Below are positions 8,135-16,645 of a DNA stretch of 26,049 nucleotides, piece after piece (position 1 is the stretch's first letter; each line of letters begins with the position of its first letter). Below the pieces are notes generated by a model. That model was not told the DNA's origin. It made no database searches and saw nothing but the letters and a program-made list of their open reading frames with translations. Origin of the DNA: Rhodospirillales bacterium (GTDB lineage Bacteria; Pseudomonadota; Alphaproteobacteria; UBA8366; JADFVY01). The stretch covers positions 1-26,049 of the forward strand of contig JAHELM010000001.1 in the NCBI GenBank assembly GCA_024644185.1, given 5' to 3'. The position numbers and the translations under genes were made by a program.

Positions 8135-9622
8135 GTGACGCGTATGCTTCGAAATCTGCGCCGGGCCGGATCTGGTGCCACCATCGGCCTGCTGTTGACC
8201 CTGCCGCTTGCGGCGACCCTCGTCTGGCTTCCGGGAAGCGCGGCGGCCCGCGGCGCGCCCGATAGCTTCGCCGATCTCGTCGAGCAGCTTCAGCCGGCCG
8301 TGGTCAATGTGTCGACGACGCAGATGGTGACCGGCCAGCCCGAGGGCGGAACCGGACCCGGATTCGAATTCCCGCCCGGTTCGCCGTTTCGCGATTTCTT
8401 CGACCAGTTCAATCAGCAGCGCGATGACAAGCCGCGGCGGGCGACGTCGCTGGGCTCGGGCTTCGTCATCGACCCGAGCGGCCTGATCGTCACCAACAAC
8501 CATGTGATCGAGGGCGCCGAGAAGATTTCCGTCACCTTTATCGACGACACGACGCTGGAGGCCGAACTGGTCGGCCGCGACATCAAGACCGATCTGGCGC
8601 TGCTGAGGGTCAAGGTCGATCACAAGCTGGCCGCGGTGCCCTGGGGCAATTCCGACAAGATGCGCGTCGGCGACTGGGTGATCGCCATCGGCAACCCGCT
8701 GGGCCTGGGCGGCACGGTGACGGCCGGCATCGTTTCCGCCCGCCAGCGCGATATCAATTCCGGCCCCTATGACGACTTCATCCAGACCGATGCGCCGATC
8801 AACCGCGGCAATTCGGGCGGCCCGCTGTTCAATGTCGAGGGCCAGGTCATCGGCATCAATACGGCGATTTATTCGCAAAGCGGCGGCAGCATCGGTATCG
8901 GCTTCGCCATTCCCTCGAACATGGCCGCGACGGTCATCGATCAGTTGAAGAAATACGGCACCACGCGGCGCGGCTGGCTTGGCGTGCAGATCCAGGGCGT
9001 CACCGACGAAATCGCCGAGAGCCTGGGCCTGAAAGAAGTGAAGGGCGCGCTGGTGGCCGGTGTTCTGGAGAACAGCCCGGCCGAGGCGGCCAAGCTGCAG
9101 ACCGGCGACGTGATCCTTAAATTCGATGGCAAGGAAGTCGGCGAATCCCGCCGCCTGCCGCGCGTCGTCGCCGAGACCGAGGTCGGCCGAACGGTCGACG
9201 TGGTCATCTGGCGCAACGGCAAGGAGATTGTCGCCAAGGTGACGCTGGGCGAGTTGGAGAAGTTCGACGAGGCGGCGCTGACCAAGCCGGAACCTGAAAA
9301 AGCGAAGCCGGAACAGCGCTCGATCGATGAACTGGGGCTGGGTCTTTCGACCATCACCCCGGCGCTGGCCGAGAAGTACCGCTTTGAATCCGGCAAGGAA
9401 GGCGTCGTCATTACCGATGTTAACGCCGATAGCGGTGCCGCCGAAAAGGGCCTGCGCGAGGGCGATATCATCGTTGAAGTGAACCAGGAAAAGGTCGCGA
9501 CGCCGGATTCCGTGGCGGCCAAGATCAAGGCGGCGGCCGCCGATGGCAGACGTTCGGTGCTGCTGCTGATCGACCGCGAGGGCGATCTGCGGTTCGTCGC
9601 CCTGCGCATCGACGCGGGCTGA
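8135..9622 (+). CDS. degP: Periplasmic HtrA/Do-family serine endoprotease with two PDZ domains
   Basis: Signal peptide; catalytic triad contexts TNNHV, TDLALL and GNSGGPL; RGWLGV PDZ1 and LGLGL PDZ2. GTG 8135 lies 8 nt after GGAG (ATG 8144 is an alternative). Confidence 0.95.
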   Translation: MTRMLRNLRRAGSGATIGLLLTLPLAATLVWLPGSAAARGAPDSFADLVEQLQPAVVNVSTTQMVTGQPEGGTGPGFEFPPGSPFRDFFDQFNQQRDDKPRRATSLGSGFVIDPSGLIVTNNHVIEGAEKISVTFIDDTTLEAELVGRDIKTDLALLRVKVDHKLAAVPWGNSDKMRVGDWVIAIGNPLGLGGTVTAGIVSARQRDINSGPYDDFIQTDAPINRGNSGGPLFNVEGQVIGINTAIYSQSGGSIGIGFAIPSNMAATVIDQLKKYGTTRRGWLGVQIQGVTDEIAESLGLKEVKGALVAGVLENSPAEAAKLQTGDVILKFDGKEVGESRRLPRVVAETEVGRTVDVVIWRNGKEIVAKVTLGELEKFDEAALTKPEPEKAKPEQRSIDELGLGLSTITPALAEKYRFESGKEGVVITDVNADSGAAEKGLREGDIIVEVNQEKVATPDSVAAKIKAAAADGRRSVLLLIDREGDLRFVALRIDAG

Positions 9623-9649
9623 CAAGACGCCCGTTCGGGGGCATAAAGG

Positions 9650-9680
9650 ACGGCGCCGGGCACCATCCCGGCGCCGTTTT
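9650..9680 (+). terminator. Intrinsic terminator after degP
   Basis: 11-bp stem ACGGCGCCGGG (9650-9660) / CCCGGCGCCGT (9667-9677), 6-nt loop, then TTTT. Confidence 0.8.
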
Positions 9681-9700
9681 CATGTCCGGAGCCCGCAACG

Positions 9701-10921
9701 ATGAGCGAACCCGCATCGAATGCCGCGACGCCATTGAGGCTGGCCAGCCAGGGGCCGATGTTCCTGGTTGGGTTGGGTCATGGGGCGACGCACTGGATCG
9801 CCGCCACTTTTTATATCCTGCTGCCGTTCATCACGCGGGACCTGGAGATGACCTATGCCGAGGCCGGGCTTCTGGTCGCGGTGTTCCATGTCGCATCGGT
9901 TGCGGCGAATTTCGGCAGCGGCCCGCTGGTCGACATGATCGGCCGCCGTGTCGCCTTCCAGATGTTGTCATTGGGCGTGGGCGCGCTGGCGCTGATCGGC
10001 TTCGGCTTCGGTTCGACGGTCGTCTGGCTGGCGATTCTTGTCGGCCTGATCGGCGCCACGAACAATCTCTGGCATCCGGCGGCGATTTCCTATCTCTCGT
10101 CGCGCTATCCGAAGAATCGCGGCTATGCCCTGTCGATCCATGCGCTGGGCGCCAATCTGGGCGATGCGGTGGCGCCGCTGGCGGCTGGCGCGCTGCTGGT
10201 CTGGATGGCCTGGCCGCAAGCCGCGGTGGTGAACGCGCTTCCGGTCTTTCTGGTGCTGGCGTCGCTGGCGCTGCTGCTGGCCGGCGACCGCCCGACGAAC
10301 GGGGCCCGGAAGGATGGAATGGCGGCCGCCGACTATGTGGCCGGGCTGCTGCGCGTCCTGCGCGACCGCGCGGTTCTGGGGCTCTGCCTGATGGCCGGAC
10401 TGCGGACCATGGCGCAGACAGGCTTGCTGGTATTTCTGCCGCTCTATCTGGCCGACGTGCTGAAGGTCGGGCCGGTGGCCATGGGCGTGGCACTGATGGC
10501 CATGCAAATTGGCGGGGTCGTCGCCGCGCCCCTGGCCGGCGCGTTGTCCGACCGTGTTGGTCGTCGGCCCATCGTGCTGGCCGGGCTGGTCGTCGGCACG
10601 GCGATGATCGCGGTGCTGACGGCGCTGGGCGGCGGGCCGGTCTATGTCGCGGGCATCGCCTTTCTGGGCTTCGCGCTCTATGCGGTGCGGCCGGTAATCC
10701 ATAGCTGGATGATGGATGCGACGCCACCGTCGCTGGGGGGATCGGCGACCAGCCTGATGTTCGGGACGCAGTCGGCGTTGTCCGCGGTAGCGCCGGTACT
10801 GGGCGGCATCGTCGGCGATGTGTGGGGCCTGCCGTCGGTCTTCTATCTGCTGGCCGGTATCATGCTGGCGGCCAATCTGGTCGCCCTGACGCTGCCAAGG
10901 GAAACACCCGCGGCGGAATAA
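9701..10921 (+). CDS. Major facilitator superfamily transporter (Fsr-like), 406 aa
   Basis: About 12 hydrophobic segments; motif-A-like GPLVDMIGRR and GALSDRVGRR; WHP...SIH..GANLG segment. Substrate unknown. Confidence 0.9.
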   Translation: MSEPASNAATPLRLASQGPMFLVGLGHGATHWIAATFYILLPFITRDLEMTYAEAGLLVAVFHVASVAANFGSGPLVDMIGRRVAFQMLSLGVGALALIGFGFGSTVVWLAILVGLIGATNNLWHPAAISYLSSRYPKNRGYALSIHALGANLGDAVAPLAAGALLVWMAWPQAAVVNALPVFLVLASLALLLAGDRPTNGARKDGMAAADYVAGLLRVLRDRAVLGLCLMAGLRTMAQTGLLVFLPLYLADVLKVGPVAMGVALMAMQIGGVVAAPLAGALSDRVGRRPIVLAGLVVGTAMIAVLTALGGGPVYVAGIAFLGFALYAVRPVIHSWMMDATPPSLGGSATSLMFGTQSALSAVAPVLGGIVGDVWGLPSVFYLLAGIMLAANLVALTLPRETPAAE

Positions 10922-10925
10922 GGCC

Positions 10926-13157
10926 CTATTTCCTGGTGGCGTCGGCGACGCCGTTCCAGTTGGCTGGCGGCGGCGTCAGGCGATAGGCCTCGATACGCTC
11001 GTCGATCAGTGTGTAGTATTTGTCCAGGCCGAAGCGCGGCGACAGCATCCGCCGGCAAACCCCGACCAAGTCCTGGGCGAAATCCCAGTCCTGATCGCGA
11101 TAGGCCGCAAGCATTGCCTCCTGCTCGGCCAGGCCGGCGGCGATTGTCGGATCCTGGCCCGCGCTCGCCTCGTCGAGCAATGTGAAGATGGTGACCGGCA
11201 CGGTCTTGCCGACGACGCGGATGCGGTCGAGTTCCAGCATGACGAAACCGGAAACGCGATTGCGCGTGGCGCCGCTCATCACGATGTCGACGCCATACTG
11301 TTTGCTCAACCCCTCCAGTCGCGAGGCGAGATTGACCTCGTCGCCCAGTGCCGAATAGTCGAACCGCTGCCGCGAACCCATATTGCCGACGCAGGCCAGG
11401 CCGGTGTTCAGCCCGATGCCGATCTTCAGCGGCGAGAAGGCGGTGCCCTGCTCGGCCGCCTCAGCCGCCAGTTCCTCGTTCAGCGGACCCATCCGGCGGT
11501 TCATTTCCAGCGCGGCCCTGACCGCATGGGTGGCATGATCGGGATCGTCCAGCGGCGCATTCCAGAACGCCATCATGGCGTCGCCCATGTATTTGTCGAT
11601 GGTGCCGCCATTCGCCAGGGTGACGTCGGTCACCGGCGTCAGGAAGCGGTTGACGAGGCTGGTCAACTGCTGCGCATCGTATTTTTCGGAAATTGTCGTG
11701 AAACCGCGCAGATCGCAGAACAGCAGCGTCAATTCGCGCGTCTCGCCGCCCAGATGCAGCTGGTCCGGATTGCGCGCCAGCCGCTCGACCATGACCGGCG
11801 ACATGTAATGGCTGAAAGCGTTGCGAATCTGCCGGCGTTCGGTCTCGCTGCGCAGATACCCCATCATCGACGAGCCCGAATAGACCATGGTGCCGGTGAT
11901 CGCGGGGTACACCGGATCCAGCAGCAGCCCATGCCGGGCGAACAGGTACCAGGACAGACCCGCGATGCCGGCGATGGCGCCGGTCGCCAGCACGGCGCTC
12001 CAACCGGCCCCGAGGCGCGACGTGGCGAGCGCCAGCACGATGCCGAGCACTGCCAGCAACGAAAGTTCGGCCCCGTCGGCCCAGTCGGGCCGTTCGAGAA
12101 ACTGCTGCAGCAAGATCTGCTCGGTCAGTTGCACCTGCAATTCGGCGCCCGATGTCGCCGGGCTGAGCGGCGTCGCCCAGGTGTCGTGCAAGCCGGCGGC
12201 GCTGGTGCCGACGAAGACGATGGCGCCGCGCAGCAACTCGGGATCGGCCTCGCCCGACAGCACCTTCCAGGCCGGAATACGGCGTTCCGGAACCGGCCCG
12301 GTATCGTACAGCCACATGCGGCCGTTGCGATCGGTGGGCACTATCATGCGGCCGACGCGGACATGGGTAATCCCGGTCTGCGCACCGCCCAGAACCTTGG
12401 CCCCGCTTGCGTTCGAGGCTCGCACCAGATAACCGCTGGCGCCCTGCGCGATGCGAAGCGATTCCAGCGCCGGGGTCGGGAACATGACCCCCATATAGTC
12501 GACCAGCAGCGGCACCCGGCGAACGAGCCCGTCATGTTCCGGCGTCAGATTGAACCCCGCCGCGCCGCGCCCCGCCGCCTCGATCTGCGGCAGGTTCAGC
12601 ACGGCCCCGGTATAGGTCTTGCCGAGAAAGGCCCGGGGATCGTCGCCGGCGAAGGCAAATCCGGCCTTCGCCACCAGCGCATCGCCGCCGCCACTGCCGT
12701 CGGTCAGCATGAACCCCGTCACGACATTCTTGGCGCGGTCGATCGCCTGGGCCAGCAGATCGTCATGGTCCGGCATCGCCGCCAGCTGTTCGCGCAGTGC
12801 CGCCATCTTCGGGCCGGCAGGCCAGGAGGCGATGAGCTGGGCCGGCGAGGTCCGGTCGGGCTCGGAAAACACGATGTCGAGGGTGATGGCCGCGGCGCCG
12901 GCGGCATTCAGCTTTTCCACCAGCGCCGCCACCTGGGTGCGCGGCCAGGGCCACTGGCCCACCCGGCTCAGGCTCTCGTCGTCCAGATCTATGAAACGCA
13001 CCGGCACCGGCTGGTATTTGCGCGGAAGGACCTGCTGGTAGGTATCGAAACTCTTCAGCCTGAGGTCGGACAGAAATTGCGGATCGGCGAATCGCAACTC
13101 CAGGGCCACGACGAGAACCAGACCCGCGAATACTATCTGCATCCAGCGACTGCGCAT
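10926..13157 (-). CDS. CHASE2-domain class III adenylate cyclase, 743 aa
   Basis: N-terminal TM; CHASE2 motifs (VRFIDLDDESL, GQWPWPR, DGLVRRVPL, VFVGTSA); three TMs; catalytic FCDLRGFT, DKYMGDA (adenine-specifying Lys) and GDEVNLASRLEG. ATG 13157 with GGAGG RBS. Confidence 0.93.
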   Translation of the reverse strand: MRSRWMQIVFAGLVLVVALELRFADPQFLSDLRLKSFDTYQQVLPRKYQPVPVRFIDLDDESLSRVGQWPWPRTQVAALVEKLNAAGAAAITLDIVFSEPDRTSPAQLIASWPAGPKMAALREQLAAMPDHDDLLAQAIDRAKNVVTGFMLTDGSGGGDALVAKAGFAFAGDDPRAFLGKTYTGAVLNLPQIEAAGRGAAGFNLTPEHDGLVRRVPLLVDYMGVMFPTPALESLRIAQGASGYLVRASNASGAKVLGGAQTGITHVRVGRMIVPTDRNGRMWLYDTGPVPERRIPAWKVLSGEADPELLRGAIVFVGTSAAGLHDTWATPLSPATSGAELQVQLTEQILLQQFLERPDWADGAELSLLAVLGIVLALATSRLGAGWSAVLATGAIAGIAGLSWYLFARHGLLLDPVYPAITGTMVYSGSSMMGYLRSETERRQIRNAFSHYMSPVMVERLARNPDQLHLGGETRELTLLFCDLRGFTTISEKYDAQQLTSLVNRFLTPVTDVTLANGGTIDKYMGDAMMAFWNAPLDDPDHATHAVRAALEMNRRMGPLNEELAAEAAEQGTAFSPLKIGIGLNTGLACVGNMGSRQRFDYSALGDEVNLASRLEGLSKQYGVDIVMSGATRNRVSGFVMLELDRIRVVGKTVPVTIFTLLDEASAGQDPTIAAGLAEQEAMLAAYRDQDWDFAQDLVGVCRRMLSPRFGLDKYYTLIDERIEAYRLTPPPANWNGVADATRK

Positions 13158-13301
13158 ACGACGCCCCTCCCCGAGGCATTTTCTTCGAACGCTCGCCGCT
13201 TGCGCGATGTCGCGCATATGACGAATTCACCGGTTTCCCGATGGGCTGCCACCCCTGGCTGCTGCCCGCTGCGCTTACGGTTGTTCACATTCCGGTTTAT
13301 T

Positions 13302-13316
13302 TTAATTCAATTTTAA
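13302..13316. promoter_or_regulatory. Perfect CtrA-type box TTAA-N7-TTAA between the divergent cyclase and FecR genes
   Basis: TTAA-TTCAATT-TTAA, with an extra TTAA at 13320-13323. Confidence 0.6.
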
Positions 13317-13381
13317 GGTTTAATCAAAGGGTCTGGTGGGAGACGTATAGCGGGAGCGAGGCGTTTACGCTTCGACGAACA

Positions 13382-14533
13382 ATGCACAAATGTGGCTCTT
13401 TGCGGACCCCGGCCGGGGCGGCATGGATTCATCGGCTTGCGGGACCTGTGTTCGCGGCCGCTGTTCTGTTGTCGGGCGGCGCGGGGCTGGCCGCGGAAAC
13501 GCCGGGGATCGGCGTCACCGCGATCGTGGTCAAGCAGGTCGAGGGCGTGTTGTCGGCGGAACGGCGGCAGTTGGCGCTGGCCGATGACGTCTATCGGAAC
13601 GAGGTGGTGGCGACCGGGCAGGAAAGCGCTTCGGAAATCCATCTGGCGGACGATACGCGCGTAACCGTGGGTCCGAACTCCCAGCTTGTGCTCGACGAGT
13701 TCGTGTATGACGGCACCACCGGACAAGGCAATCTGGCTCTGCATGCCACGCAAGGCGTCTTCCGCTTCTTTTCCGGCCAGATGCCCCACGAATCCTACAA
13801 GATCGGCGCGCCGGCCGTCAGTATCGGCGTCCGCGGCACTGTCCTGGTGGTGGTGATCCGCGAGGATGGCGCGGTCGCGGTAATCCTGGAATCCGATGAC
13901 GGCATCGACGTCACCGATGCGCATGACCGGTCGCTTCTGATCGACCGGCCCGGCCTGGCCACGGTGACGTTGCCGGACGGCAGCCTGAGCCCGCCCGGCC
14001 CGCCGCCCGCATGGGCGCTGGAGAGAGTGCGCGCGATGGACCGTGTCATCGCCAGCGCCAGCGCGCCGTTCGTCCCCATGCCGTTGCAGCGGGCCGAGAC
14101 CGGCGACCGGGACGTGGCTGAAGCGCCGCCACACTCCCCGCCGCCCGACGTGACTCCGCCGCCGGATCCGGAGGACGACCCGCCGCCGCCCGACGTAACG
14201 CCACCGTCCGAGCCCGATGACGACGTGACTCCGCCCCCGGCGGACGATCCGGCGCCGCCGACCGGGTCGGAGGATGACGACAAGGAACGCGGCATCCCGC
14301 GCGCCGAGGACAATCAGGACCCGGCCGACATGCCGGACGGGCTGGAACAGGCGGAGGAGAATGCGGATCCGCATGCCACGGACCCGGGCCCGGTGCCCGG
14401 CGGCAATGGCAAGAGCGATGACGGCGACGATGAAGCTGCCGGCGATTCCGGCGGTCCCGGGAACAGCGGCGACGCCATCCCGGAAGGTGTCCCGGCCTTC
14501 GGCAAGGGGAAAGGCAAGGGCAAGGGCGACTGA
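13382..14533 (+). CDS. Secreted FecR-domain protein with a long Pro/Asp/Gly-rich C-terminal tail, 383 aa
   Basis: Signal-like segment (VFAAAVLLSGGAGLA/A); FecR motifs (DVYRNEVVATG, DDTRVTVGPNSQL, GVFRFFSG, SIGVRGT); low-complexity tail. Start ATG 13382 is inferred. Confidence 0.85.
   Translation: MHKCGSLRTPAGAAWIHRLAGPVFAAAVLLSGGAGLAAETPGIGVTAIVVKQVEGVLSAERRQLALADDVYRNEVVATGQESASEIHLADDTRVTVGPNSQLVLDEFVYDGTTGQGNLALHATQGVFRFFSGQMPHESYKIGAPAVSIGVRGTVLVVVIREDGAVAVILESDDGIDVTDAHDRSLLIDRPGLATVTLPDGSLSPPGPPPAWALERVRAMDRVIASASAPFVPMPLQRAETGDRDVAEAPPHSPPPDVTPPPDPEDDPPPPDVTPPSEPDDDVTPPPADDPAPPTGSEDDDKERGIPRAEDNQDPADMPDGLEQAEENADPHATDPGPVPGGNGKSDDGDDEAAGDSGGPGNSGDAIPEGVPAFGKGKGKGKGD
14138..14239 (+). 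repeat. Three DVTPP proline-rich repeats in the FecR tail
   Basis: GACGT(G/A)AC(T/G)CC(G/A)CC units at 14147, 14192 and 14222. Confidence 0.8.
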
Positions 14534-14563
14534 GGTCGCGGTCCGCCGGCCGGACTTGGTCGG

Positions 14564-15466
14564 TCAGTCCGCGCCGACGAATTCCTCGGCGCGATACCCT
14601 TGGGCGAATAGCAGCGCCGTCAGGTCTCCGTGTTCGACCCGCATCGCGGCGGCGGCCGCCAGGATCGGCTTGCCGTAATAGGCGACGCCCAGACCAGCCG
14701 CCAGAATCATCGACAGATCGTTAGCGCCGTCGCCGACCGCCATCGCGTCGCGCGCCGCCAACCCCTGTTCGTCGAGCATGCGCAGCAGCGACGCCTGTTT
14801 GGCGTGCCGGTCGAGCACCGGCTTCATGACGCGGCCGGTCAATCGCTGGTCGACAATCTCCAACCGGTTCGCCTGGTGACTGTCGAAACCGACAAGCGCC
14901 GCGACGTTGGCGCTATAGACGGTGAACCCGCCGGACACCAGCGCGCACCAGGCGCCATGCGCACGCATGGTGGCGACCAGCGTGACCGCACCCGGATTGA
15001 GCCGGATATTGCCGCACAGCCGCGTGACCGTGGCCTCGTCGAGCCCGGCCAGCATGGCGACGCGCTCGTTGAGCGATTCGGTGAAATCCAGTTCGCCCCG
15101 CATGGACCGCGCAGTGATCGCGGCGATGCGCTCGCCCTGCCCGAAAGCGGCCGCCATCTCGTCGATCATCTCGTTGTCGATGATCGTCGATTCCATGTCG
15201 GCGACCAGCAGGCGCTTGCGCCGCCCCTCGGCCGGTTGCGCCACCACATCCACCGGATAGCCGTCGAGTGCCGCGCGCGCCGCCGCGTCCGCCGCGCGCG
15301 GATCGAGCCCGGCAAAGGGAATATCGCAGGCGCGCCCCTCGGCCAGCCAGACCTCGCGACCGGTCCGGGCACCCGCATCCAGCAAGGCCTCGCAGGCGAC
15401 CGCGACCATGCTATTGTCGACGCGCGCATCGCCGGTTCCGGCGATCAGGGTAAGCATGTTTTCCAT
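14564..15466 (-). CDS. serB: Phosphoserine phosphatase (HAD family)
   Basis: RKRLLVADMEST, LVSGGF, AVGDGANDL, GLGVAY; divergent from miaA. Start is ambiguous among ATGs at 15475, 15466 and 15457. Confidence 0.92.
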   Translation of the reverse strand: MENMLTLIAGTGDARVDNSMVAVACEALLDAGARTGREVWLAEGRACDIPFAGLDPRAADAAARAALDGYPVDVVAQPAEGRRKRLLVADMESTIIDNEMIDEMAAAFGQGERIAAITARSMRGELDFTESLNERVAMLAGLDEATVTRLCGNIRLNPGAVTLVATMRAHGAWCALVSGGFTVYSANVAALVGFDSHQANRLEIVDQRLTGRVMKPVLDRHAKQASLLRMLDEQGLAARDAMAVGDGANDLSMILAAGLGVAYYGKPILAAAAAMRVEHGDLTALLFAQGYRAEEFVGAD

Positions 15467-15525
15467 CGGCGGCATAGTGGTGACGCGGCGGCCGGGTTTC
15501 AATCGTAATCGATGCGGGAATCGAC

Positions 15526-16485
15526 GTGCCTTCGACAAAACGCCCCCACCCCGTCCTGATCGTCGCCGGGCCGACGGCCAGCGGCAAGTCCGGGCTTGCC
15601 CTGGCGGTGGCCGAGGAATTTGACGGCGTCATCATCAATGCCGACAGCATGCAGATCTATCGCGAGCTGCGCGTGCTGACGGCGCGGCCCTCGGCCGAGG
15701 ACGAGGCGCGGGCGCCGCACCGCCTGTATGGCGTGCTGTCGGCGCGCGAGGTTGGCTCGGCGGCGCTCTGGCGGACGATGGCGCTGGCGGAGATCGCGGC
15801 GGCCCATGCCGCGGGCAAGCTGGCGATCGTCTGCGGCGGCACCGGGCTTTACCTGAAGGCGCTGACGCAAGGCCTTTCACCGATGCCGGAGCCGCCGGCG
15901 GATCTGCGCGAAGCCTGGCGCGCACGGCTGGCGGCGGAGGGCGCGGCCGCCCTGCACCGCGAACTGGCCTTGCTCGACCCGGAGATGGCGGCGCGGCTCA
16001 AGCCGGGGGATTCGCAGCGAATCCTTCGGGCGCTGGAGGTCTTCGAGGCAACCGGCAGATCACTGGCCGAATGGCAGAGAATTCCGGCCGGCGGCCCGCC
16101 GGCCGGTTTGCGCTTCGCAACCATCCTTCTGGCGCCGCCGCGCGATATTCTGTACGCCGCCTGCGACCGGCGCCTGGCGGCCATGCTGGAATCCGGCGCA
16201 CTGGACGAGGTGCGGCAATTGACCGCGCTGGGTTTGGACCCTGCCCTGCCGGCCATGAAGGCGGTGGGCATCGCGGAATTCGCCGCGCATCTGGCGGGAA
16301 ACCGCGATCTGGCGACCGCGCTGGCAGCCGCGCGGCAAGCCACGAGGCACTATGCCAAACGGCAGACGACCTGGTTCCGCCATCAGTTAATTGCTGATTT
16401 TACGATTTCGGCGCAATTTTCAGAAACATTGAACGATGAAATCTTTGCGTTTATTCGTCAAAAACTGTTGACCCTCCCGGAGTGA
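15526..16485 (+). CDS. miaA: tRNA dimethylallyltransferase
   Basis: GPTASGKS P-loop, NADSMQIY, GGTGLY, QRILRALEV, YAKRQTTWFRHQ. Confidence 0.97.
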   Translation: MPSTKRPHPVLIVAGPTASGKSGLALAVAEEFDGVIINADSMQIYRELRVLTARPSAEDEARAPHRLYGVLSAREVGSAALWRTMALAEIAAAHAAGKLAIVCGGTGLYLKALTQGLSPMPEPPADLREAWRARLAAEGAAALHRELALLDPEMAARLKPGDSQRILRALEVFEATGRSLAEWQRIPAGGPPAGLRFATILLAPPRDILYAACDRRLAAMLESGALDEVRQLTALGLDPALPAMKAVGIAEFAAHLAGNRDLATALAAARQATRHYAKRQTTWFRHQLIADFTISAQFSETLNDEIFAFIRQKLLTLPE

Positions 16486-16496
16486 CCGCCTATTGT
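16468..16496 (+). promoter_or_regulatory. Sigma70-type promoter for the ilv operon, overlapping the miaA 3' end
   Basis: TTGACC-N17-TATTGT, 150 bp upstream of the ilvB ATG. Confidence 0.6.
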
Positions 16497-16645
16497 CCGG
16501 CGGCCCGCGAACCCGGCACGGATCGCGGACGGGAATAATCACGGTTTACCTGCGGAACCGGCGGCTTTGCACTGCTCCGCCCGAATTGGCGAAGCGGCAT
16601 GGGGAGGCCATTGTGGCCGTCGCCGGCAATGAACGGAGAAGATAT

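Noticed and set aside
8000-9625. 541-aa ORF antisense to degP (likewise 11526-13316, 16490-18334, 18952-20244, 20565-22118, 23362-24405 and 24768-25883)
   Set aside because: Each mirrors a well-supported gene. Long antisense frames are expected from GC3-biased codon use, and none shows recognisable domains.
16497-16645. ilv attenuator leader peptide
   Set aside because: No short Ile/Leu/Val-rich ORF and no terminator hairpin in the leader.
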